Part shown: piece by piece, positions 49,899-58,322 of the stretch
Layout: the number at the start of each line of letters is the position of its first letter
Position numbering within the stretch: the first letter of the stretch is position 1
Origin: a virus
Reading direction: 5' to 3' (one strand)
IMG/VR virus record: IMGVR_UViG_3300002064_000002
Length of the DNA stretch: 64,000 nt
The notes under the pieces: generated by a model
Databases searched by the model: none
What the model was told of the DNA's origin: nothing
What the model saw: the letters and a program-made list of their open reading frames with translations, nothing else
Position numbers and translations under genes: made by a program

Positions 49899-50054
49899 AT
49901 GATAGTATTCATAGGGCTTATAATTTGGGTTTTACTAATGGTTTATGCTCCTGATTCTTATGAGAAATTAAAAGCATTTGTATTAGAGATATGGGAAGCT
50001 ATACACACTTGTATAGTTAGTATACTAGACATTTTAATGGACAATAAAAGATAA
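49899..50054 (+). CDS. Small membrane protein
   Basis: Likely start at ATG 49899, after the hairpin and leader. Confidence 0.45.
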   Translation: MIVFIGLIIWVLLMVYAPDSYEKLKAFVLEIWEAIHTCIVSILDILMDNKR

Positions 50055-50059
50055 ATGTT

Positions 50060-50281
50060 ATGAAATTTAAACCTGGAGATCGAATTAAAAGAATAGAAGG
50101 GAAAGAAACATTTTTAAAAACTGGAAATATTTATACTGTAGCAAATATGAATCCTCTTAATGACTGCAGAGTAATATTGGAAGGAGCTGATCATGATTCA
50201 ACTGATGATGAAGATCAAGGATTTTACGTAGATTATTTCAAGATGGTTACTTCTATTGATTTTTCTTACACAATTTATTAA
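50060..50281 (+). CDS. SH3/KOW-like FSYxIY-family protein, copy 1
   Basis: MKFKPGDRIKRI..GNIYTV..FKMVTSIDFSYTIY. Confidence 0.75.
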   Translation: MKFKPGDRIKRIEGKETFLKTGNIYTVANMNPLNDCRVILEGADHDSTDDEDQGFYVDYFKMVTSIDFSYTIY

Positions 50282-50292
50282 AACACACAGCA

Positions 50293-51579
50293 ATGAAATA
50301 TTTATGTATTGAGAATTCAGGACTCATTCTTCCTGATGATTTTAGTCTTATGGGTACATCTACTAAAGTAGGTAATAATAACAAAATAGGCCAATATGGA
50401 TCCGGTTTATGTTATGCTATAGGAGGACTTATGAGACCACCTCATAAATTACCTGTAGTATATTCTGGAAAAGAACAGATAACACTTGAAGCAAAAACTA
50501 TAGACTATAGAGATGCTCCAGTAAAAGTGCTACACGTTAATGGTGAAAAGACTTCTATTACTGAAAATCTTGGTAAAGAAGCTAAATGGTCTACATGGAT
50601 GCTTTGCAGGGAAATTCTGAGCAATGCCATAGATGAAGAAAATTTCAATTTATATCAAACTGATGAAATATTACCAATAGAAGATAAGAGTCAGATTTAT
50701 ATTTATATGAATGATGAGATAGATATGTTTCTAAAAAACTACAATCATTATTTTGCTTTTGATAGAAAAGAAGATTATACAGATGAAAAAGGTAATCGAT
50801 TCTTTTTAAAGAAATTTAAAAGCCCTATGGTAATATATCGTAAAGGCATCAGATGTTATGAAAATACTTATGCAGATGAATCTTTAGTAGATATAGATTT
50901 TGCTGATATTTATATTAATGAGTCTAGGGTAGCAGACATACATCAAATATATAGTAGAATTAAAGATGTGGTAAGTAATGCAGATGTTTCTGATAAAGTA
51001 ATGATAAAACTATTACAGCAAGGAAAAATTGATAAATCTCTTATTCCAGCTGTATCTAGTGTGTCTGATGAATTTTTTGAATCTATTAAAAGAATAAGCC
51101 AATTCACTAATATTATAACTAAAGAGATTGACCCTAATATAACTGGTTTAGAAGGAGATTCAGATATTGTATTACCTACTTCTTATTATCTAGAATTTCA
51201 AAAAAGAGGTTTTGTAGAAAATAAGTTTGAAATTATACAAGGGGCTCCAAGTGATTTTACTAAAAGTAAAAACATAGATCAAGATAAAATGAAAGAGATT
51301 AAATTTTATCTAAATCATTTCATGGAGAATAAAGGTATAAAAATACATGTAGGTAAATGGAGTAGTTCTGTTTATGATACTATACACAGTAATGAACATA
51401 ATTGTTTTTTCATAAAGAAACATATGTTTAATAATCGTGATACACCTACAATAGCTAGTAAGCTATTAAGAAATAGAAGTCAAGAATATTATTATAATAT
51501 ACTGGAGAAGAATTACAAAGAAGCTGTACTTGCTCAAGATTTTAACGAGCAACCAGTAGACGATTCTCTTCCATTCTAA
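50293..51579 (+). CDS. Circularly permuted GHKL ATPase with an SSB-like acidic tail
   Basis: IENSG and KIGQYGSGLCYAI precede REILSNAIDE; the protein ends PVDDSLPF. Confidence 0.7.
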   Translation: MKYLCIENSGLILPDDFSLMGTSTKVGNNNKIGQYGSGLCYAIGGLMRPPHKLPVVYSGKEQITLEAKTIDYRDAPVKVLHVNGEKTSITENLGKEAKWSTWMLCREILSNAIDEENFNLYQTDEILPIEDKSQIYIYMNDEIDMFLKNYNHYFAFDRKEDYTDEKGNRFFLKKFKSPMVIYRKGIRCYENTYADESLVDIDFADIYINESRVADIHQIYSRIKDVVSNADVSDKVMIKLLQQGKIDKSLIPAVSSVSDEFFESIKRISQFTNIITKEIDPNITGLEGDSDIVLPTSYYLEFQKRGFVENKFEIIQGAPSDFTKSKNIDQDKMKEIKFYLNHFMENKGIKIHVGKWSSSVYDTIHSNEHNCFFIKKHMFNNRDTPTIASKLLRNRSQEYYYNILEKNYKEAVLAQDFNEQPVDDSLPF

Positions 51580-51667
51580 GATGCTTTAGTTAATAATTCC
51601 GTTTTACAAGGCTCATCGCAATAATGTGGTGAGCCTTTTTATTCACATTTAAAAAATTAATACAGTT

Positions 51668-52135
51668 ATGGGTAAGAAGAAAAGTTCAAACGCAGAAATA
51701 GTTGAAGATTTAGATGCACAAATTGCTGCAATTGAATCTGGAGTAATGCCAGTAGGTGGAGTAACTACTACTACGTTACAAGGATTTGGTGATATTAATA
51801 ATATTACTGAATATCCTATTCTAAGAGCTGCTATGGCTAGTATATTAGTCAAGAGTGCAGCAGAAGAGAAAGCTGATAAATTATTAGCTGGTGAAGAAAC
51901 AGTGCCTGTTATTAAAATTGAAGGTAATACTCCAGATCAATGGACAGCCTTATTGAAGAACAGATATGTTGTGATAACCAATGATGCAGATCTGAAAGAA
52001 TTGAAAGAGCTTAGAGAAGAGTTTAGACAATTAGTAACAGATGAAGAGAAGCAAAAGATGGCAGAGAAAAAGAAGGAGAAGTTGCTGAAAAAATTTGCTG
52101 ACAGAGGTATTAACAATTCTACATTATTAAGATAA
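51668..52135 (+). CDS. Hypothetical protein
   Basis: 155 aa ORF after hairpin and leader. Confidence 0.6.
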   Translation: MGKKKSSNAEIVEDLDAQIAAIESGVMPVGGVTTTTLQGFGDINNITEYPILRAAMASILVKSAAEEKADKLLAGEETVPVIKIEGNTPDQWTALLKNRYVVITNDADLKELKELREEFRQLVTDEEKQKMAEKKKEKLLKKFADRGINNSTLLR

Positions 52136-52353
52136 TGGTACGCTTTAAACCAGGAGATAGGGTTAGGAGAATTGGTAGAAGTAATTCTTATATTAATAAA
52201 GGTAATTTAGCTACAGTAAGTGAAGTTTCTAAAGATCACAAAAGGATTCTTTTAGTAGAATATAAAGATTCTGGTTATGGAGTAGATTGTGGATTCTATT
52301 CTAATTATTTTGAACTTGTATCTTCTGCTAATTTTTCTTATTTAATCTATTAA
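52135..52353 (+). CDS. SH3/KOW-like FSYxIY-family protein, copy 2
   Basis: MVRFKPGDRVRRI..FELVSSANFSYLIY. Confidence 0.75.
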   Translation: MVRFKPGDRVRRIGRSNSYINKGNLATVSEVSKDHKRILLVEYKDSGYGVDCGFYSNYFELVSSANFSYLIY

Positions 52354-52476
52354 GTTAATTATTTAGTCCATTATACAGAGAGCGAGGTGAAAGCCTTGCT
52401 CTCTTTTTATTAACAATTAAAAAGACGAAGGAATAAGTAATATTATGTATATTGTGCAAACAATTTATCTAATATT

Positions 52477-53388
52477 ATGAAAGGAAAAATATACAGTTTG
52501 TCAGATCCATTTACATTAGAAGTAAGGTATATAGGATTTACTAGATCTACAATTAGTACTCGTTATAGTCAACATAAGCATGAAGCTATTAAGAAAAAAA
52601 AACTGAGTCATTTATATAATTGGTTTAGGGTTTGTATAGATAAAGGAAAATTACCACTGGTTGAAGTAAAAGAAGATAACATACCTATAGAAAAGTGGCA
52701 GGAGAGAGAACAACATTGGATAGACCAGTATGGGAATCTTACTAATCAAAAAAAAGGCGGGTGTGGAGTACATTTAAACACTAATAAAAAGGGCAGACTA
52801 AGAAGTATAGAAGCTAAAAGAATAGAAATAATACAATTAGATTTAAACGGAAATTACCTTAAAAGCTGGAGTTCTATGAGAAATGTAGAAAGACATTTTA
52901 GTGGGAAAAACACAGGATTACTAGCTAAAGCTAGTAAGACTATGGGAACAGCTTACGGCTATCTTTGGGTAAGAGGTGATGAATATGATTCTAATAAAGT
53001 TTATTTACCTAAGAATAAAGTAAAAATAGAAATATTTTTGTTTTGTGCATTTACTAGAAAATTTATAAAGAGGTATAATTGCAAAGCAGACTTAGATAGA
53101 GAATTAGATTTTGGGACTTCTACTGCTTGTTTAAGAAATAATCTATTATTAAGGAATACATATTACATTAGAGATAGCATAGTGGATAATTTAGTGCCTC
53201 CTACACCTACAGATGTATATCTATTCAACAAAAAGTACTATACTACTTACACTATTTTATGTAGAGAAAATAATATTCAGAATAAACTACATAACGTTAA
53301 GTTTAAAAAAAGTTTAATTACTAAAGCAGTAACTGAAGAAATGATACAACAACTAAGACTTTCTTTTAAAAACAGAAGAGGAAAATAA
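52477..53388 (+). CDS. Free-standing GIY-YIG homing endonuclease with a NUMOD1-like domain
   Basis: KIYSLSDP..RYIGFT..RYSQH..E..WI..LTN; IIQLDLNGNYLKSWSSM. Confidence 0.8.
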   Translation: MKGKIYSLSDPFTLEVRYIGFTRSTISTRYSQHKHEAIKKKKLSHLYNWFRVCIDKGKLPLVEVKEDNIPIEKWQEREQHWIDQYGNLTNQKKGGCGVHLNTNKKGRLRSIEAKRIEIIQLDLNGNYLKSWSSMRNVERHFSGKNTGLLAKASKTMGTAYGYLWVRGDEYDSNKVYLPKNKVKIEIFLFCAFTRKFIKRYNCKADLDRELDFGTSTACLRNNLLLRNTYYIRDSIVDNLVPPTPTDVYLFNKKYYTTYTILCRENNIQNKLHNVKFKKSLITKAVTEEMIQQLRLSFKNRRGK

Positions 53389-53416
53389 TTTTATTAACCG
53401 ATTAAATTTACACATC

Positions 53417-53629
53417 ATGCAAAAATCAGATACCCCCCACATTGAACTTAAAAGAGAAGACATTGTAGAGTTCAGACATTTGGCTTCTAAGACCAGGTTT
53501 GTAGTAAAACAAGTGCTAGGATCGGATGTACTTTTAGATAACCCTAAAAGTCCTAGAAGAAGACAAGGAAAAGATCTTCTTACTATGCCTATGAGAGATC
53601 TTGTTAAGATTAATGTTAAAGTGAATTAA
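53417..53629 (+). CDS. Small SH3/KOW-like protein without the FSYxIY tail
   Basis: LKREDIVEF..FVVKQV. Confidence 0.45.
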   Translation: MQKSDTPHIELKREDIVEFRHLASKTRFVVKQVLGSDVLLDNPKSPRRRQGKDLLTMPMRDLVKINVKVN

Positions 53630-53781
53630 CTTGGTATGTTATTTCAGAGTGGCAGATATCTATCTGCTGCTCTGTTTTTAAACCTTGAATTACAATGGAA
53701 ACAAATACAGATAAAGAAGATTTAACAATGCTCATAGCATTAGGTATAATTTTATTAGTGAATTTATTAAGCAGTTAAAGA

Positions 53782-54063
53782 ATGAATAAAAAATATTATA
53801 TATTAAAGAAAGGTAAAATGTTCTTCACTATAGAAGAAACTACTGAAGAAAGTAAGACTAGCGACTTACTTACAATAATGACAAGTATTATTTTATTTGG
53901 TTTATTAGGATTATATTCAGTAACGTATTCTACTACTTTATTCCCAGAAATTATATTGATAATTATAAGTGTAGTTTTTGTTCTTAAAAAGGGGAAAAGT
54001 GATAAAGAAGCAACTTATACTAAAGATGCTTTGATTATTAAACTGGAAAATGAACTGGAATGA
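53782..54063 (+). CDS. Membrane protein
   Basis: Two hydrophobic segments. Confidence 0.5.
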   Translation: MNKKYYILKKGKMFFTIEETTEESKTSDLLTIMTSIILFGLLGLYSVTYSTTLFPEIILIIISVVFVLKKGKSDKEATYTKDALIIKLENELE

Positions 54064-54254
54064 AATTTAAAAAAGGTGATAGAATAAAAAGAATTCATAA
54101 TAGTTCTTCATTAGAGAAAGGTAAAATTTATATTGTAAAAAAAATACACGGAACTTATTTGTCAGTAGAAGATAGTGCAAGAGAAAAACCGACTTATTTT
54201 TCTAAATATTTTGAACTGGTATCTGCAGCTAATTTTACTTACACTATTTATTAA
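54060..54254 (+). CDS. SH3/KOW-like FSYxIY-family protein, copy 3
   Basis: MKFKKGDRIKRI..FELVSAANFTYTIY. Confidence 0.75.
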   Translation: MKFKKGDRIKRIHNSSSLEKGKIYIVKKIHGTYLSVEDSAREKPTYFSKYFELVSAANFTYTIY

Positions 54255-54264
54255 ATCATTAATT

Positions 54265-54486
54265 ATGTTGAAAGAAGGAGATTTAAAAGTAGGAGATGAA
54301 GTTGTTGCTTTGGATACAGGTTATAGTAATAAATTGACTATTGGACACATTTATACAGTAAAAGATCTGGCAACTGAAGATAAACTTAGAAATGGCATTC
54401 TTCTACATGGCAGACCTAGTGCATATTGGCAAAGATATTCTAGTTTTAAACTAGTAACTAAAGAATTTTCATATTCTATTTATTAA
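54265..54486 (+). CDS. SH3/KOW-like FSYxIY-family protein, copy 4
   Basis: Start at ATG 54265: MLKEGDLKVGDEVVAL..FKLVTKEFSYSIY. Confidence 0.75.
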   Translation: MLKEGDLKVGDEVVALDTGYSNKLTIGHIYTVKDLATEDKLRNGILLHGRPSAYWQRYSSFKLVTKEFSYSIY

Positions 54487-54503
54487 CAATTAAAAACACA
54501 CAC

Positions 54504-55460
54504 ATGAAAAAAAATAAATTTGATGGTATAAGCGTAATGCTTATCATAGCAATAATAATTACACTAGTTTTTTTAGTACAAACACTTACAGCACAAGAAT
54601 CAGAAATTAGTTTTTGTAATAAAGAATGTACAAGTGTAGCATATCAATCTGCTTGTCTTCAATGTGAAGATGTTCGTATTGAAATTAATCCTGTTGTACC
54701 TTACACTATAAGTAATGATAGTCTTATAGTACAGTATAGTTCTAATGAAGAATTACAGATAACTATATATTTTACATTTGGTAGTTGTGTAGGTAGCAAT
54801 TGTGATCTAGATGTGGATCAACTACAGTACACAGTTTACTATACGCCTCCTTGTTGCGATCAATATATCTGTAGTTCAGAATATGATTGTACAATAGAGG
54901 AGACTTTTATAGATACTACTTTAAGTATATCTAATACTGGATGTAATGTTTATAATGTAGTAGAGCACATAGCCATACCACCAAGAGTAGATACTTTAGT
55001 TGTAGTGGATACAATTACATTAACACAAATAGATACTTTAGTTGTAGTAGAAACAGAGATTCAGATACAAATTGATACTATTACATTGTTAGAATTTGTG
55101 CCTATTACTGAATGGGATACTATTTATGTATATGATACAACTGTATTAGAAATAGTTTATAAAGAAGAATTAGTTGATGATATAGTTTATGTACCTAATG
55201 CAGTTAATCCTAATAATAGTAATTATGAGAATAGTTATTTTATGATATTTTCTAAAAAAGATTATTTAATAAAAGATTTAGAGATATTTGATAGATGGGG
55301 GAATTTAGTGCATGATTTACATATGACTAGTACTAATGTACAAGCATGGGACTGCACGTATAGAAATCAAAGCGTATCTGGAGTCTATAATTACAAATTT
55401 GAAGTAGATACTGGATCTGGATGGGTATTTTATAAAGGAAATTTTATAATTATTAAATAA
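54504..55460 (+). CDS. Secreted protein with a type B T9SS C-terminal domain (gliding-motility-associated CTD, CHU_C-like)
   Basis: Signal peptide ending LTA-Q; Cys-rich domain; D-T-[ILT] stalk; C-terminal YVPNAVNPN..F.I..LEIFDRWGNLV..WDCTY..GVYNYKF..KGNFIIIK. Confidence 0.85.
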   Translation: MKKNKFDGISVMLIIAIIITLVFLVQTLTAQESEISFCNKECTSVAYQSACLQCEDVRIEINPVVPYTISNDSLIVQYSSNEELQITIYFTFGSCVGSNCDLDVDQLQYTVYYTPPCCDQYICSSEYDCTIEETFIDTTLSISNTGCNVYNVVEHIAIPPRVDTLVVVDTITLTQIDTLVVVETEIQIQIDTITLLEFVPITEWDTIYVYDTTVLEIVYKEELVDDIVYVPNAVNPNNSNYENSYFMIFSKKDYLIKDLEIFDRWGNLVHDLHMTSTNVQAWDCTYRNQSVSGVYNYKFEVDTGSGWVFYKGNFIIIK

Positions 55461-55660
55461 TGATTTTTAAAAAAGGAGATTTAGTAAAAAGAATTAAAAG
55501 TAATTGGGGAGGAATTAATGTAGGAGATATTTATATTGTAGCAGAAGATACAAAGCCTGGTTTAAACCATGTTAAACTTACTATAGATTCTGAGATTAAT
55601 TATAGAAAAGACTTATTTAAGTTAATATCTAGTACACAATTCTCTTATACAATATATTAA
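55460..55660 (+). CDS. SH3/KOW-like FSYxIY-family protein, copy 5
   Basis: MIFKKGDLVKRI..FKLISSTQFSYTIY. Confidence 0.75.
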   Translation: MIFKKGDLVKRIKSNWGGINVGDIYIVAEDTKPGLNHVKLTIDSEINYRKDLFKLISSTQFSYTIY

Positions 55661-55662
55661 TT

Positions 55663-55875
55663 ATGAAAAGAAAATTATTTAAGAAAGGCGACAGAGTAAA
55701 AAGAATAAATAATTCTATTGGAAATATAATTAAAGGAAAAATCTACACTATATTAAAAGATGAAATTTCTGAACATCAAGAATTACTTTTAGTAGAATGT
55801 CCTAGTAAATATTACTATTATTCTAGCTCATTTAGATTAGTATCTTCTGTAGAATTTTCATACACAATATATTAA
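55663..55875 (+). CDS. SH3/KOW-like FSYxIY-family protein, copy 6
   Basis: LFKKGDRVKRI..FRLVSSVEFSYTIY. Confidence 0.75.
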   Translation: MKRKLFKKGDRVKRINNSIGNIIKGKIYTILKDEISEHQELLLVECPSKYYYYSSSFRLVSSVEFSYTIY

Positions 55876-55877
55876 TT

Positions 55878-56099
55878 ATGAAACAACGAACATTTAAAGT
55901 AGGAAACAAGGTAAAGAGAGTTCCAAATTATTGTGGAAATCTTTTTAAAAAGGATCAGATCTATACGATCTCAGAGTTAATACTACAAAGAGATAAAACT
56001 ATAAATCTAGGAATTAAAGGTGTACCTTATATAAATGGCTATGATTCTAATTTATTTGTACTTGTAGAAAAGACTGAATTTTCATACTCAATTTATTAA
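55878..56099 (+). CDS. SH3/KOW-like FSYxIY-family protein, copy 7
   Basis: TFKVGNKVKRV..FVLVEKTEFSYSIY. Confidence 0.75.
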   Translation: MKQRTFKVGNKVKRVPNYCGNLFKKDQIYTISELILQRDKTINLGIKGVPYINGYDSNLFVLVEKTEFSYSIY

Positions 56100-56153
56100 A
56101 ACAAACTATGAACGGAAACTTATAATAGATTTTATAATCCATAAATATATATT

Positions 56154-56876
56154 ATGAACCGTTTTTACATTTTAATAGTATTCACTATTCTAGTGAGTAC
56201 TATACAAGCACAAGAATTTCACTTCACTAAAACACTTGAAGTGGAAAGACATTTACAAACCAGGCATTTCAGCTATGAGACATTAGTTGGATTAGGTGGT
56301 TTATTTACAGAGATTAATACTCAGACAGGTAAAGTACAGAATGGAGTTAATTTTGCATTTAGTAAATTACCAAGACAAATTAGACCAGACGATATTAATC
56401 TTGATGTAGTATCAAATACTATTACTAAAAGACGTACTAAGTATATTGAAAGACATATGTTGTACAGAGGTTATCACCTTTATAGTGATGGAATAGATAT
56501 TAGTGGTAGATATGGTATTGGTACATCCAATGCTACTTTTATCACAGCAGGAGTTAATGTATCAGCTTATTTAAGTCCTGGTATATTGAATCATTTATTT
56601 ACTGATTTTGAACCTATTGAATTAGGAACTTTTACAACATTTAAGTGGTATGATGCAATAGCCGTTGGTTATAGTATAGATGCCACATACGAGTCTATTT
56701 ATTACAATAAATCAGTAGATCACAGTATTGACATTAAAGCTAATTTACTATTACAAAATGACAAGAAAACAAATGACAGATTTATGAGTCTGTACCTTAC
56801 AAAGTCATTGTATATAGGATCAAAAGCATTTAATGGATGGAGACTGGGTTTAGCAGTCAGTCTTCAAAAGAATTAA
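56154..56876 (+). CDS. Exported protein, predicted outer-membrane beta-barrel
   Basis: Signal peptide ending IQA-Q; amphipathic strands ITAGVNVSAY, AVGYSIDATY, HSIDIKANL and WRLGLAVSL. Confidence 0.5.
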   Translation: MNRFYILIVFTILVSTIQAQEFHFTKTLEVERHLQTRHFSYETLVGLGGLFTEINTQTGKVQNGVNFAFSKLPRQIRPDDINLDVVSNTITKRRTKYIERHMLYRGYHLYSDGIDISGRYGIGTSNATFITAGVNVSAYLSPGILNHLFTDFEPIELGTFTTFKWYDAIAVGYSIDATYESIYYNKSVDHSIDIKANLLLQNDKKTNDRFMSLYLTKSLYIGSKAFNGWRLGLAVSLQKN

Positions 56877-56935
56877 GATGAAGAATAAAAATACTATGAG
56901 CAAACACATTTTATTCAATCTTAAATTATAATATT

Positions 56936-57718
56936 ATGAATCGAGTTATAGCAATATTACTAATCATTACAGTACCATTTATTGGTATTGCACAGAGTAC
57001 TGAGCTTTTAAAGAAAAAGTACAGTCATACAGTTAAAGACCGGGCAAAATATCATAAGATCTCTAAAGACTTATTGCAGCAAGTAATGGAATCTTATATG
57101 AGATATACTACGCCAGGCCAGGACACACTATTTACTATTTACATTGAAGACCTATATACTACTACCAGTAGTCCATGGGTTGTATTAGACAATATGTCAA
57201 AGAAGATCATAAAATGGAATAATAGTATAAAGAAATGTACTGATAATATTGATTGTTGGAAGCATGCTTATTTTCCTAAGATAAAAGGTAGTCTTCATAA
57301 TCAACCAGATACTGATAGAGAATTACAGGATATGGATGGTTATTTTAAAGATGTACCAGTAGTTAAAGAAGCTGAGCCTGAACTTATTAATATAGAATTA
57401 GGAGCAAATGGTTTCAGGATTAAAGAATGTAAAAATGGATCATGCCCTAGTGATTTAGCTAAGCAGCCATATAAGATGCCAGAAGTAATTGTTACTGAAA
57501 TATTTGATGATGTTACCCAAAAGAACGTTCCAGTGGTACAATACTATGAAGAACAGATAAATCTTGAGTTAGGTCACTCTGATGCTATATTAGCACAATT
57601 TAACATGTGTATAGACAATAGAAACTTTGATAGTGCAAGATACCATCTCACTAGATGGAAACAAAAAGGAGAAAATATGGAGCTTTACGTAGCAGAGCTT
57701 GAGAAATTTTCTGATTAA
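56936..57718 (+). CDS. Exported protein, 260 aa
   Basis: Signal peptide ending GIA-Q. Confidence 0.6.
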   Translation: MNRVIAILLIITVPFIGIAQSTELLKKKYSHTVKDRAKYHKISKDLLQQVMESYMRYTTPGQDTLFTIYIEDLYTTTSSPWVVLDNMSKKIIKWNNSIKKCTDNIDCWKHAYFPKIKGSLHNQPDTDRELQDMDGYFKDVPVVKEAEPELINIELGANGFRIKECKNGSCPSDLAKQPYKMPEVIVTEIFDDVTQKNVPVVQYYEEQINLELGHSDAILAQFNMCIDNRNFDSARYHLTRWKQKGENMELYVAELEKFSD

Positions 57719-57741
57719 TTAACTTTTTAAAAACTAATAAC

Positions 57742-57930
57742 ATGGAAAAGATTATTTTAAAAAACGTTACAGTAGTAGGTAAGATAGACTTAGATGCTCT
57801 TAATGAAAGAGAAAGAAAAGTTAAGCAGAGAAGAGCAAAAAATAAAAAAAGAGAAAAAGTAAAACTGGTATTCAACCAGAGAAATTTACAAATAAAAAGC
57901 TTATTGGACAGGAAGTTCAATCAAGCTTAA
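57742..57930 (+). CDS. Small basic protein
   Basis: Lys/Arg-rich 62 aa ORF. Confidence 0.5.
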   Translation: MEKIILKNVTVVGKIDLDALNERERKVKQRRAKNKKREKVKLVFNQRNLQIKSLLDRKFNQA

Positions 57931-57982
57931 AGATGTCTTTTAATTGTTAGCCCTCTCATCAGAAATGGTGAGGGGGTGTTTT

Positions 57983-58126
57983 GGGAGGATGGCGGAATGG
58001 TAGACGCTAACCGGTCACTGGCGGTGAGAGTAGTTTAATTAGTTAAATAGTAACTGTATCCAGTAGAGCAGTGAAGGACTGATGTAACGTAATAACTCGT
58101 AGAGGTTCGATTCCTCTTCCTTCCCA
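57983..58126 (+). ncRNA. 144 nt tRNA-like RNA with class II D arm, no canonical anticodon loop and an expanded middle region
   Basis: Acceptor GGGAGGA/TCCTTCC(C); D arm GCG-GAATGGTAGA-CGC; T arm AGAGG-TTCGATT-CCTCT; about 90 nt lie between the D and T arms. Confidence 0.7.
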
Positions 58127-58322
58127 CTAAGTCATAGAAACATTAATAAAAATTCTGTTACGAATTACAGGTGCCATAGAGCACAAACTAAAGTAGTAGA
58201 GAATCTAATTATTAATCTGGATATGATTATTTATATACTATATAGTGCGACTATATGGTTTTTATTAACACATTTTTAAACAGCTTAAAACAAGCTAAAA
58301 ACAATTTAAAACATTTAAGATT

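Noticed and set aside
58013-58020. TCA triplet suggesting an opal-suppressor or selenocysteine tRNA
   Set aside because: The loop is 8 nt, TCA is not preceded by the U33 equivalent, and the stem is only 4 bp
46132-58260. HDV-like theta ribozymes 3' of the two tRNA-like elements
   Set aside because: I could not build the nested double pseudoknot or find the conserved L3 sequence by eye; a covariance-model search is needed to exclude it fully
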